DNA of 64,000 bases from Pseudomonadota bacterium (GCA_021790335.1 JAJYEE010000005.1:29414-93413), one strand, 5' to 3'. Counted from the first letter of the stretch, positions 45,089 through 54,796 are shown. Made by a program: numbers and translations. Notes: a model not told the origin generated them from the sequence alone.

Positions 45089-46387
45089 CTAGCGTGCGCA
45101 GCTGCGAAACCCCGCGAATATGTCGTTTCTGTCTGGTGTGTAGAAGTTGCGCCAAGTATTCCACACCAGCCGCGCCGGGGTTGCCCAGCTTCCGCCGCGC
45201 AGAACCTTGTGCGTTCCGAACCATGGCGCGGAATAGTCGCGGTAAGGGTCGGGAGAAAAGCCCGGATAGGGAGCGAAAGTGGATGCGGTCCATTCCCAGA
45301 CGTTGCCGATCATTTGGCGGCAGCCGCAGGCGCTGTCGCTTTGCGGAAGCGCCGCGACATCGATGCTGGCGAGTGTGCCGCCATGCAGATTGGCGTGCGT
45401 TCCAGTCGGGGTTTCGTCCCCCCACGGATAGCGGCGCTTCCGTGCACCCTTTACGCCACCCGGCATGACCTCGCAGGCTGCCGCCGCCTCCCATTCGGCC
45501 TCGGAAGGCAGCCGCCGCCCCGCCCAGCGACACCAAGCCTGGGCTTCGTGCCAGTTCACGTGCATCACCGGCGCGTGCGGTGCCAGTGCGGTCCAGCGAT
45601 CGAAACGGCGCACTTCCCAGTCCGGGCCGTTCCTGCGCCAGTACCGCGGCGCTTCGGCGCCGGCCCGTGCGCGCCATTCCCATCCGCAGTCGTCCCAGAA
45701 CTCGCGTCGGCGGTACCCGTGGTCGTCGACGAAGGCCACATAATCCGCATTGGTCACCGGTGCCCGTGCTATGCGGAATGGCGCCAGTTCCACCGGGTGC
45801 GCCCACTTTTCGTTATCGAATACGAAACCCTCGGTCGACGTGGCGCCAAGCAGGAAGCGGCCGCCCGGCACCTCCACGTCCCCCGGCAGCGGGCCGGCCG
45901 ACGTCGCAAGCGCAGCGGTTCCGGCCGGTGCCGGGTAACCCAGGGTCTGGCGCATGTACGTGAACGCCTCGGAGTGCATGTCCTGGTGGAAAATGGCGAG
46001 CAGATAAAAGTAGGCATCCCTCTCGGGCACCGAGTCCCCGTGGTCATGCAGGCGCTGACGCAGCGCATCATTCACCGCCTGCAGATAGGCGAGGGTGTCC
46101 ACCACCGGGGGCAGGGGCAGGTCCCAACGCCGGTCATGCGCGATCGCGGAGGAGTCGTACAGGGTATCGGCCTCGGGCATCAGCGGGGCACGCCGGTCCA
46201 GATTGCGCAGGATCCAGTATTCGCTGAACCACGCCAGATGTCCGATTTCCCAGTTCGGGGGGTTCACCGTGGGCAGGCGCGGGCCGAGCATCTGGTCCGG
46301 GCCGAGATCGGTGACCAGACGCAGGGTGCGCGCGTGCGTATCGTCGAGGTATTCGAGAAGTTCTGCCGCTGTCACGGGATTGGCCAT
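45089..46387 (-). CDS. senA: selenoneine synthase SenA (EgtB-like sulfoxide/selenoxide synthase)
   Basis: DinB-like WEIGHLAWF and HQDMHSE metal motif plus FGE-sulfatase domain (FDNEKWAH, RLPSEAEWE, GNVWEW, RNFY, GFR); adjacent to senB and selD. Confidence 0.85.
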   Translation of the reverse strand: MANPVTAAELLEYLDDTHARTLRLVTDLGPDQMLGPRLPTVNPPNWEIGHLAWFSEYWILRNLDRRAPLMPEADTLYDSSAIAHDRRWDLPLPPVVDTLAYLQAVNDALRQRLHDHGDSVPERDAYFYLLAIFHQDMHSEAFTYMRQTLGYPAPAGTAALATSAGPLPGDVEVPGGRFLLGATSTEGFVFDNEKWAHPVELAPFRIARAPVTNADYVAFVDDHGYRRREFWDDCGWEWRARAGAEAPRYWRRNGPDWEVRRFDRWTALAPHAPVMHVNWHEAQAWCRWAGRRLPSEAEWEAAAACEVMPGGVKGARKRRYPWGDETPTGTHANLHGGTLASIDVAALPQSDSACGCRQMIGNVWEWTASTFAPYPGFSPDPYRDYSAPWFGTHKVLRGGSWATPARLVWNTWRNFYTPDRNDIFAGFRSCAR

Positions 46388-46425
46388 ATACTATGCCTGT
46401 TCCGAATTATGTCCCTGTGAAATCC

Positions 46426-47373
46426 ATGCGTATATTGATTGTGACGCCTGCGCCGCGTGGATCGCGGGCTGGCAACCGTACTACGGCACGCCGCTGGGCC
46501 AGAATCCTCAGGGCCGAAGGCCACCGCGTCTCGGTCACGGTCGGGTACGATGGTGCGCCGGCGGACCTGATGGTCGCGTTGCACGCCTGGCGCAGCGCGG
46601 ACGCAGTGCAGTGTTTCCGGGAGCATTGTCCCGACCGGCCATTGATTGTAGCACTGACGGGTACGGATCTTTACCACTTCCTGCGCACCGATTGCGAAGT
46701 CACGACGCGTTCCATGAAGCTCGCTCACCGGCTCGTGGTTCTGCACGAGGCTGCGATCGACACGGTTCCTCAGCCGCTGCGCGGCAAGGTGCGGGTGATT
46801 CTGCAATCGGCGGATGTCTTTCCCGAGAGAAAACCGTCTCCGCGGCGCTTCGACGTCTGCGTGATCGGACATTTGCGCGATGAAAAGGATCCGTTGCGCA
46901 CGGCCTATGCTGTGCGCAACCTTCCGTTGCAGTCGCAGCTGCAGGTGCTGCATCTGGGGAAGGCGCACACCGATGCCTGGGCGCAGGCGGCGCGCGCAGA
47001 GATGGCGCAAAACCCGCGATATCGCTGGCGCGGTGAGGTCCCATACCGGGAGGTGCGGCGGGTGTTGGCGCGCAGCCGGCTCATGGTGCTGTCATCGCGC
47101 ATGGAGGGGGGCGCCAACGTGATCTCGGAAGCCGTGGTTGCCGGCGTGCCGGTAATCGCCTCGCGCATCGACGGATCGGTCGGCCTGCTTGGCTCCGGGT
47201 ACCCGGGGTATTATCCGGTCGAAGACACGGCGGCGCTTACCGGGATGCTGTTGCAGGCCGAGCGTGACCCGGTTTTCTACGCGCGCCTTCAGGATGCCTG
47301 TGCGCTGCGTGCACCACTGTTTGATCCGCAGCACGAGCGGCAGGCATGGCGCGCTGTGCTGGCCGAGCTGTAG
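46426..47373 (+). CDS. senB: selenosugar synthase SenB (TIGR04348-type glycosyltransferase)
   Basis: IVTPAP.GSRAGNRTTARRW, ALHAWRS, LTGTDLY, GHLRDEKDP, SRMEGGANV. Confidence 0.9.
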   Translation: MRILIVTPAPRGSRAGNRTTARRWARILRAEGHRVSVTVGYDGAPADLMVALHAWRSADAVQCFREHCPDRPLIVALTGTDLYHFLRTDCEVTTRSMKLAHRLVVLHEAAIDTVPQPLRGKVRVILQSADVFPERKPSPRRFDVCVIGHLRDEKDPLRTAYAVRNLPLQSQLQVLHLGKAHTDAWAQAARAEMAQNPRYRWRGEVPYREVRRVLARSRLMVLSSRMEGGANVISEAVVAGVPVIASRIDGSVGLLGSGYPGYYPVEDTAALTGMLLQAERDPVFYARLQDACALRAPLFDPQHERQAWRAVLAEL

Positions 47374-47389
47374 CGGACGGTTCTGACCT

Positions 47390-49657
47390 TCATCGCAGGA
47401 CGAGTGTCACCGATGCAGCCGCGTTGCCCGGTTCCATGACGCGCCCTATGACCGCGCTCTGGGCATAGCCGAGCCGGCGCAGAGCGGCAAGGCAGAGGTC
47501 CGAGTTTTCCTCGGGGACGGACGCCAGCAGACCCCCCGCCGTCTGAGGATCAAACAGCAGCGGGTAGCGCGCATGCGCGACGGCGGTATCCAGGTTGCAG
47601 ATCGCGCGCCGCAGGCGGATGTTCTCCGGTTGCAGGGAGCTGAAGATCCCTTGTGCCAGGGATTCGAGTGCACCGTCCAGGACCGGCAGACTGTCGAGTT
47701 CTATTTCGACGTCGACCTGGGAAGGGCGGGTCATCTCCAGGAGGTGACCCAGCAGCCCGAAGCCGGTGACGTCGGTGCAAGCGTGTGCTCCGTGAAGCAT
47801 CAGGCAGTCGGCGGCCGCGCGGTTTGACTGCAGCATGGACTCCAGCGCCGCATCGATCCAGCGTCCCTTGGCAAGCCGGCGCATGTCGGCGGCGAACAGG
47901 GTGCCGGTGCCCAGGGCTTTCGCGAGAATCAGTCGGTCTCCCGGGCGCATGCCGCCCTTGCGCAGAAGCCGTCCGCGTTCCGCCAAGCCGTTGACGCACA
48001 GCCCGAAGGCCAGCTCGGCGCCTTCGCTCGAATGTCCGCCGACGAGTGCCGCTCCGGATTCTTCGAGCGCCACCGCGGCGCCGGCCATCATCTCGTAGAG
48101 CGCCTGCTCGATCTTGGCTTCAGGGCCGAACGGAACGCTGGCAATGGCGAGGGCCGACTGTGGCTGTGCGCCCATCGCATAGATGTCGCCGAGGCTGTGG
48201 TTGGCGGCGATCCTGCCGAACAGGTACGGATCGTCGACGATGGCGCGGAAAAAATCCACAGTGTGCACCATGACCTGTCCGGCGGGTACTTCGACGACCG
48301 CGGCGTCGTCCGCATCGCGCATGCCGACAAGAATGTCGGTGCGCGGTGCTATCGAGATGCGGGCGAGCACGCGGGCAAGTACCGTGCTGCCGATCTTGGA
48401 TCCGCATCCGCCGCAGCGCATCGCCCACGCGGATATCTCGCGTAAAGCCTCGCCGTCCGCCGGCGTATCCGGCCGGCCCGCGCTGCCGGCCATGTGGTTC
48501 GGCAGCAGCGGTTCCCGGTAGCGCTCCATCCAGCGTCTGTCTATCCAGTCCTTCCAGCGCCATATGGCCGCTCCTGCGATGGTCAGCGGTCCGCGCGAAG
48601 CGATGGCGGAGCGGTCTCCCGTGCTTATCAATGCGAGAAAACGGCGCTGCGGAACGAACGCAACCAGCGGTTCGCATTTCGATGCGCGCCGCAGATTCAC
48701 GGCAAGCGCCGGACCCTGACGTACCGCCATCACGCCGGATTTCGCGCGCGGATGATTGCGCATGGTCGCGATGTCGCCGGCGGCGAAAACACCCGGGTGA
48801 GAATAGGACTGCAGGAAGTCATCGACCTCGATAAACCCGGTCGAAGTGGTCGTGAGCCCGGTGCGGGCGATCCAGCCCGGAGCCGCCGCGTTCGTCGCCC
48901 AGATGAGCGCATCGTAGGGAAAGGACAGAGTGGCGCCAGCGTGTATCGCAGTAATATGTTCCGCCGTGACTTTGTGCACGCGATGTTCGGGATGGACCGA
49001 TACCCCTCGTTCCGAAAGGATGTGCATGAACTTCCGTCTCACCCGCTCATGGTGCGTGGGAAGGATCTGCGGCGCTTCCGAAAACAAATGGAACTGCGCC
49101 CGCCCGGCGCCGCCGGCGGATGCAACGCGATGCTGCAGCGAAAGCGTGAGCTCTACCCCTCCGGCGCCGGCGCCCACCACTGCGATGCGGAAGGTACTCG
49201 CGGTATTGCGCATGCGCCTCTCGATCAGATCCCATCCTGCGAGAAAGCGGTCGACTGGCTTTACCGGCAGCGCATGTTCTGCCACTCCCGGAATGCCGCT
49301 TTCGTCCGGTGTCGAGCCGATGTCGATCGAGAGCACGTCATAGGGGACCGCCGGGCGCCCGCGGCACAACACCCGGCGGTTCGCCAGGTCCAGCCCGACC
49401 ATTTCGTCGTGGTAGAGCCGGCAGCCGGCGAAGTGCGCGAGCGGGCGCAGGTCCACATGGACTTCGTCGAAGCCGTAGTGGCCGGCGATATAGCCGGGCA
49501 ACATGCCGGAATAGGGCGTGTGGACGTCGCGCGTTATAAGGGTGAGCCGTACCCCCGGTTCGGGGCGCATCCCGAAAGCCCGCAGCACAGCTACGTGGCT
49601 GTGGCCGCCGCCAACGAGCACCAGATCCTTACGAACGATGTCTGACTGGCCTTGCAT
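47390..49657 (-). CDS. selD: selenide, water dikinase (SelD/SenC) fused to an N-terminal pyridine nucleotide-disulfide oxidoreductase
   Basis: N-terminal LVLVGGGHSH, GAGAGG, FAAGD; C-terminal MRCGGCGSK, DDAA, HTVDFF, GGHSSE, TDVTGFGLLGH, DPQTAGGLL. Confidence 0.92.
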   Translation of the reverse strand: MQGQSDIVRKDLVLVGGGHSHVAVLRAFGMRPEPGVRLTLITRDVHTPYSGMLPGYIAGHYGFDEVHVDLRPLAHFAGCRLYHDEMVGLDLANRRVLCRGRPAVPYDVLSIDIGSTPDESGIPGVAEHALPVKPVDRFLAGWDLIERRMRNTASTFRIAVVGAGAGGVELTLSLQHRVASAGGAGRAQFHLFSEAPQILPTHHERVRRKFMHILSERGVSVHPEHRVHKVTAEHITAIHAGATLSFPYDALIWATNAAAPGWIARTGLTTTSTGFIEVDDFLQSYSHPGVFAAGDIATMRNHPRAKSGVMAVRQGPALAVNLRRASKCEPLVAFVPQRRFLALISTGDRSAIASRGPLTIAGAAIWRWKDWIDRRWMERYREPLLPNHMAGSAGRPDTPADGEALREISAWAMRCGGCGSKIGSTVLARVLARISIAPRTDILVGMRDADDAAVVEVPAGQVMVHTVDFFRAIVDDPYLFGRIAANHSLGDIYAMGAQPQSALAIASVPFGPEAKIEQALYEMMAGAAVALEESGAALVGGHSSEGAELAFGLCVNGLAERGRLLRKGGMRPGDRLILAKALGTGTLFAADMRRLAKGRWIDAALESMLQSNRAAADCLMLHGAHACTDVTGFGLLGHLLEMTRPSQVDVEIELDSLPVLDGALESLAQGIFSSLQPENIRLRRAICNLDTAVAHARYPLLFDPQTAGGLLASVPEENSDLCLAALRRLGYAQSAVIGRVMEPGNAAASVTLVLR

Positions 49658-49714
49658 CCACGGCCCGCTGGCATGGTGACGTCGCAGATCGCTTCTCCGG
49701 CGGCGGACCGCCGT

Positions 49715-50392
49715 TTATTTGATCTTCAGAAGTTCAATGTCGAAAATCAGCGTCTCATTCGGCCCGATGACGCTGCCCACACCGCCCGCGCCGTAGGCAA
49801 GATTGGCGGGAATGTAGACCCTCCACTTGGATCCGACCGGCATCAACTCCAGCGCCTGTTGCCAGCCCTGGATCACTCCGGTGAGCGGGAAAGTCGCCGG
49901 CTTCCCGCGCTTGTAGGAGCTGTCGAACTCGGTGCCATCGATCAGCAATCCCCGGTAGTTGGCGACGACGGTGTCGCTCACGTTCGGCCTGGGACCCTTG
50001 CCCTCGGTGATCACCTTGTACTGCAGTCCGCTGGGAAGGGTGACGACGCCCGGTTTTTTCGCGTTTTCCGCGAGAAACTTCGTTCCAGCCGCCAGGTTCC
50101 TCTGTGCCAGCGTGGCCTGGTCGGCCTCGCGTTTGTGCTGGTAGGCGAGGACTGCCGCGCGCATCTGGTCGCTGCTGAGTCGCGCTGGCCTGCCGCTTTC
50201 TGCATCATTGATCGCCAGCAGCAGCGCCCTGGAATCGATATCCATGCGCTCATTCTTGAGGTTCTCCCCGATTCGATATCCGACCACGTAGCTGATGCGC
50301 TGCTTTTGGGTAGTCAGTTTTGAGGGGGTCGCAGCACAGCCGCACAGAAAAATCGCGACCAAAGCGAAGCTAAGTGGATTCCGGATACTCAT
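49715..50392 (-). CDS. FKBP-type peptidyl-prolyl isomerase (Mip/FklB-like lipoprotein)
   Basis: Lipobox LCGC; LPSGLQY, FDSSY, VIQGW, LAYG. Confidence 0.93.
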   Translation of the reverse strand: MSIRNPLSFALVAIFLCGCAATPSKLTTQKQRISYVVGYRIGENLKNERMDIDSRALLLAINDAESGRPARLSSDQMRAAVLAYQHKREADQATLAQRNLAAGTKFLAENAKKPGVVTLPSGLQYKVITEGKGPRPNVSDTVVANYRGLLIDGTEFDSSYKRGKPATFPLTGVIQGWQQALELMPVGSKWRVYIPANLAYGAGGVGSVIGPNETLIFDIELLKIK

Positions 50393-50844
50393 GACTGTCC
50401 CTCAGGGATTGCTTGTGTGATGTTCTCATCCAGGAATGGAACGGCAGTTCCGACCCCTTTCAGTGCCCTACGGGCTGTGAATGGGAACGCTCCCCGGTGC
50501 CGGTCCCGTCACGGCGTCATGTTCCCATAACCTTTCGTTCCAGCCAAGCGTGCAGCGATGCAGCTGCCGGCGGTACTGCGCCTGGCAAAGACTCCGTGTC
50601 GTCTGGGCGGGCGACATCGAACCCGGAAGCAGCCGCGCCTGCCTCAGGTGCTGGTCGTGACGCCGCGACCGGTGCCGTTGTCCGGCATCCGTAATCGGCG
50701 TGGCGATGGCGCCGTTGCCCGCCGGTACCGGCGGGCAGGCCTTGCACGGACATGTTAAAGTGACGGCGAGTGCGGAGGGATCGCCGGCGCTGTCACGCTC
50801 GCGCTCCTGATTTTTCAAGCGCAACCGGTTGGGAGTGGCAACAG

Positions 50845-53559
50845 ATGGCGGCATCCAGGGCAGCGGGCAAAGCAAAAGCGGTTCACCTCAAGGACTACCG
50901 GCCGCCTGACTATCGCATCGATCATGTGCGCCTCGAGTTTCTCCTGGATGAGGAGACAACCCGGGTACTTGCGCAGCTGGACGTGACCGGCAGTGACACC
51001 TCCCGCGGCCGGCCGCTGGTGCTCGACGGGCGCGAGCTCGACCTGAAGTCTATTGCGCTGGACGGGCAACGCCTCAGCCCCGGCCGGGACTATCTGCTGG
51101 ATACCGAGCACCTTACGATTCCACGCGTCCCGGGCCGGTTCACCGTGGAGATCGAAACCGAGATTCATCCGCGGAACAACACCACGCTCACAGGGCTGTA
51201 TGTCTCCGGTGGCAACTTCTGCACCCAGTGCGAAGCCGAGGGGTTCCGCAAGATCACGTTTTTCCCGGACCGCCCGGATGTGATGGCCAGGTATACGACC
51301 ACGATCGTGGCGGACAAAGTCCGCTATCCGGTTCTGCTGTCCAACGGCAATCCGTCGGAGCGCGTCGACCTGGGCAATGGCCTGCATCGCGCAACCTGGG
51401 TGGATCCCTATCCGAAACCCTCCTACCTGTTCGCGCTGGTAGCCGGAGATCTTGCATGTATCGAAGACCGGTTTGTGACGCGCTCCGGTCGTCCCGTGCA
51501 GCTGCGCATGTATGTTCAGCACCACAATGCCGACAAATGCGGGCATGCCATGGCGTCGCTCAAGAAAGCGATGCGCTGGGACGAGCAGGTGTTCGGGCGC
51601 GAGTACGATCTTGATATCTACCAGATCGTCGCCGTCGATGATTTCAACATGGGGGCGATGGAGAACAAGGGACTGAATGTCTTTAATTCCGTGTATGTCC
51701 TGGCCAGACCCGATACCGCCACCGATGCCGACTATCAGGCGATCGAGCGGGTGATCGCACACGAGTATTTTCATAATTGGTCGGGAAACCGGGTGACCTG
51801 CCGCGACTGGTTCCAGTTGAGCCTGAAGGAGGGTTTTACCGTGTTTCGCGACCAGGAGTTCGGCGCGGACGTGACCTCTCGCGGGGTGGCGCGGGTGCAG
51901 GACGTGAACGTGCTGCGCACGCACCAGTTCCGCGAGGACGCGGGCCCAATGGCGCATCCGGTGCGGCCCGAATCCTACGTCGAGATCAACAATTTCTACA
52001 CGACGACGGTCTACAACAAGGGTGCCGAAGTGGTCCGCATGCTCCGGGAACTGATCGGCGCAGACGCATTTCGCCGTGGCACTGATCTGTATTTCGATCG
52101 GCACGACGGCCATGCCGTTACGACCGATGATTTCGTCAAGGCGATGGAAGACGCCAGCGGCATCGATCTGGGACAGTTCCGGTTCTGGTACAGTCAGGCG
52201 GGCACGCCGCATGTGCATATCGGGCGGGCCTATGATGCGCGCACGGGGGTATACATCCTGCATGTGCGCCAGACCTGTCCGCCGACACCCGGCCAGCCGC
52301 ACAAGGAGCCCTTTCATATCCCGTTTGCGATCGCATTGCTGGATGGTGACGGGCGGGAGCTGCCCGTCAGCCTGATGGGTGAGCATTCCGGGGTGGTGGG
52401 CACGCGCGTGCTGCAGGTGCGGCAGGCCGAGCAGACCTTTGTGTGCGTCGGTGTTCCGCAGGAGCCGGTACCGTCGCTGCTGCGCGGGTTTTCGGCGCCG
52501 GTCAGACTGCAGACCGATCTGAGCGAGAGCGAACGCTGCTTTCTGTTGGGCTGCGACAGCGATCCGTTCAGCCGCTGGGAAGCCGGCCAGCAGCTGGCTG
52601 CCGGATTCATCCTCGATCTTGCGGCAAAGCCCCGCAGGCGCGGCAGCACGCAGCCACTGAATCCGCAGTTCGTCGAAGCCTTCCGAGCGACGCTGCGCAG
52701 CGACGATCCGGACAAGGCGATGATCGCGCAGGTGCTAGCCCTGCCGTCCGAAGCCTACCTTGCCGACCTGATGGATCCGGTCGACCCCCAAGCGCTGCAC
52801 GACGCACGCGTGTCGGTGCTGCGTGTCCTGGCGCAGACACTGCGCGACGATCTGCTTGCCATATACCAGGACAATCTCGGGCGGGGAGGCTACAGCGTCG
52901 ATCCGGAGTCTGTCGGACGCCGCAGTCTGAAGAATCTGTGTCTTTCATACCTGATGGAGCTCGATGATCCGCAAGTGCGGGAGGTGTGTGTCGCGCAGTT
53001 TCGCCACGCCGACAACATGACCGACGTGATGGCTGCATTGCGTGCGCTCGCCGGTACCGACTGCCGCGAGCGCCGTGATGCGCTTGCCGAGTTTCATGAT
53101 AAATGGCGGGATGAGCCATTGGTTCTGGACAAGTGGTTCGCGCTTCAGGCCACGTCCCGGTTGCCCGGGACCCTCGCTGAGGTGAAGACGCTCACGCGCC
53201 ATCCGGCGTTCACCCTGAAGAATCCCAACCGGGTGCGTGCACTGATAGGTTCGTTCTGCGCCGGCAATCCCGCGCGGTTCCACGACCGCAGCGGCGCCGG
53301 CTACGCGTTTCTGGCCGACCAGGTTCTGAAAATCGACCGGCTGAACCCGCAGCTCGCTGCCCGGCTCGCCGGGGCGCTCAGCCTGTGGCACAAGTATGAA
53401 GCGCGCCGCCAGGCGCTCATGAAGAAGCAGCTCGAACGCATTCTGGGTGAGCCGGCGCTTTCCCGCGACGTGCAGGAAATTGCGTCGAAGAGTCTCGGAT
53501 CAGCGGGCGCGGAAGGGAAGACCCGGGGCGGTGTGGGTCGCCGGAGCGGGCGACGCTGA
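50845..53559 (+). CDS. pepN: aminopeptidase N
   Basis: TQCEAEGFR, GAMENKG, HEYFH, NNFYT.TVY.KG, NPNRVRAL. Confidence 0.96.
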   Translation: MAASRAAGKAKAVHLKDYRPPDYRIDHVRLEFLLDEETTRVLAQLDVTGSDTSRGRPLVLDGRELDLKSIALDGQRLSPGRDYLLDTEHLTIPRVPGRFTVEIETEIHPRNNTTLTGLYVSGGNFCTQCEAEGFRKITFFPDRPDVMARYTTTIVADKVRYPVLLSNGNPSERVDLGNGLHRATWVDPYPKPSYLFALVAGDLACIEDRFVTRSGRPVQLRMYVQHHNADKCGHAMASLKKAMRWDEQVFGREYDLDIYQIVAVDDFNMGAMENKGLNVFNSVYVLARPDTATDADYQAIERVIAHEYFHNWSGNRVTCRDWFQLSLKEGFTVFRDQEFGADVTSRGVARVQDVNVLRTHQFREDAGPMAHPVRPESYVEINNFYTTTVYNKGAEVVRMLRELIGADAFRRGTDLYFDRHDGHAVTTDDFVKAMEDASGIDLGQFRFWYSQAGTPHVHIGRAYDARTGVYILHVRQTCPPTPGQPHKEPFHIPFAIALLDGDGRELPVSLMGEHSGVVGTRVLQVRQAEQTFVCVGVPQEPVPSLLRGFSAPVRLQTDLSESERCFLLGCDSDPFSRWEAGQQLAAGFILDLAAKPRRRGSTQPLNPQFVEAFRATLRSDDPDKAMIAQVLALPSEAYLADLMDPVDPQALHDARVSVLRVLAQTLRDDLLAIYQDNLGRGGYSVDPESVGRRSLKNLCLSYLMELDDPQVREVCVAQFRHADNMTDVMAALRALAGTDCRERRDALAEFHDKWRDEPLVLDKWFALQATSRLPGTLAEVKTLTRHPAFTLKNPNRVRALIGSFCAGNPARFHDRSGAGYAFLADQVLKIDRLNPQLAARLAGALSLWHKYEARRQALMKKQLERILGEPALSRDVQEIASKSLGSAGAEGKTRGGVGRRSGRR

Positions 53560-53571
53560 TCAGGCTGCCGG

Positions 53572-53778
53572 TCAGGCGTTCAGGTCCGGAATCATGCGGC
53601 TTTCGAGACGTGCAATGAAGTCCTTCAACTGCAGTTTCCGTTTCTTCAGGCGCCGCAGCTGCAGCTGGTCGGCGAACAGATCCGCCGACAGCTGGGAAAT
53701 GACCTGATCGAGGCCCCGGTGCTCCAGGCGCAACTGCAGCAGCTGCTGACACAGAGATTCGCTGTCTTCGTTTTCCAT
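53572..53778 (-). CDS. DUF465 (YdcH) family protein
   Basis: LRLEHRGLD...LRRLKKRKLQLKD.I. Confidence 0.88.
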   Translation of the reverse strand: MENEDSESLCQQLLQLRLEHRGLDQVISQLSADLFADQLQLRRLKKRKLQLKDFIARLESRMIPDLNA

Positions 53779-54141
53779 GTTTGTGTTCTTCTCGTTGCTG
53801 CCAGGTTGGCACCTCGTGCCTCGTGACGGCCAATGCCGCGATCCGGCCGCCGCCTGCGGCCGGATTCCGGTTGGGATCATAGGGCCTTGCCATGTTCCGG
53901 TACATGCCGGCGCAGGCCATACATTGATAAATTATAGTCGCATGGAGCCGCAGCGATGAGCCGTGATTGCCGCCCTGCGCCCCGCGACATGCGGTCCGAA
54001 GCTCCCCGGAGGCGCCGCGGAGCGGGGTGGTTTTTGTTCCGGCTTCAGGGACGTTCTGTAATGCGGTCGATCAACCAAGGTGCGATGTCCGGGATCGTCC
54101 TGCCGGTAGGGATTTCGCGCAACCGCGCCCCGCCTGAGCCG

Positions 54142-54370
54142 GCTGCGCCGCAGCGGGGCAGCATGAAATTTCCGGCGGCACCGACCGGCCCCGGTTCCAG
54201 GGCTGGACGACGGGGCGGAATAGGGGAACATGGTCCGGCAGACCGAGCTTATCGCGGCCCAGGCTGCGGAGTCGGTATGGTGCCGGTGCGCAGGCCGTTG
54301 CCTCCGTCCTGTCTTCGGAAGCGACGGAGGAACCATTGGCTCCGGGCGCTGTCGGACGGACCAGATCCCC
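54142..54370 (+). ncRNA. candidate structured RNA (5' leader of the 54401 gene)
   Basis: Nested helices 54223-37/54357-70, 54301-08/54323-30 with cUUCGg, plus several flanking hairpins; no family recognised. Confidence 0.35.
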
Positions 54371-54400
54371 GAATTGACGCACTGTTAGAGGAGTACGACC

Positions 54401-54796
54401 ATGGATTACACCGAGGCAGAAAATCAGATCGCACAGGTCCAGCAGCAGTCCCAGACCGTGATCCAGAACATGCAGCAGTTCGCACAAAAGCTGCGTTCGG
54501 CGGCCCCGGACGAGACGACCGGGCGCGAGTGGGCGCTGGACCTGCGTGAAATCGCGATGTCCATGCAGACCCAGAATCAGGCCATGGTGGGACTAGTCAA
54601 CCAGATGGCGGAGTACATCAAGACGCTGGAATCGCAGCTGGCGACGCATCCCAGCCCGAGCGTTCAGCCGCGCGGATGGGCAGCGCAGGCCTCCGGCGGC
54701 GGAGGGTTCTGGAGCAGTGTCACGAGCGGCCTGGGGGTTGGCGCCGGATTTGCCGTGGCAAACGATCTGGTCGGCGATCTTTTCAGCATGTTCTAG
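54401..54796 (+). CDS. hypothetical Gln-rich coiled-coil protein with C-terminal glycine-zipper-like helix
   Basis: SD AGAGGAG; QVQQQSQ helices; GGGGFWSSVTSGLGVGAGFAVA. Confidence 0.8.
   Translation: MDYTEAENQIAQVQQQSQTVIQNMQQFAQKLRSAAPDETTGREWALDLREIAMSMQTQNQAMVGLVNQMAEYIKTLESQLATHPSPSVQPRGWAAQASGGGGFWSSVTSGLGVGAGFAVANDLVGDLFSMF

Noticed and set aside
54221-54370. yybP-ykoY, cobalamin or ZTP riboswitch, or a CsrB/RsmZ-type sRNA
   Set aside because: Conserved cores (GGGGAGUA...ACC, B12 box, GCCUGGG) are absent, and the GGA motifs lie mainly in stems rather than loops.
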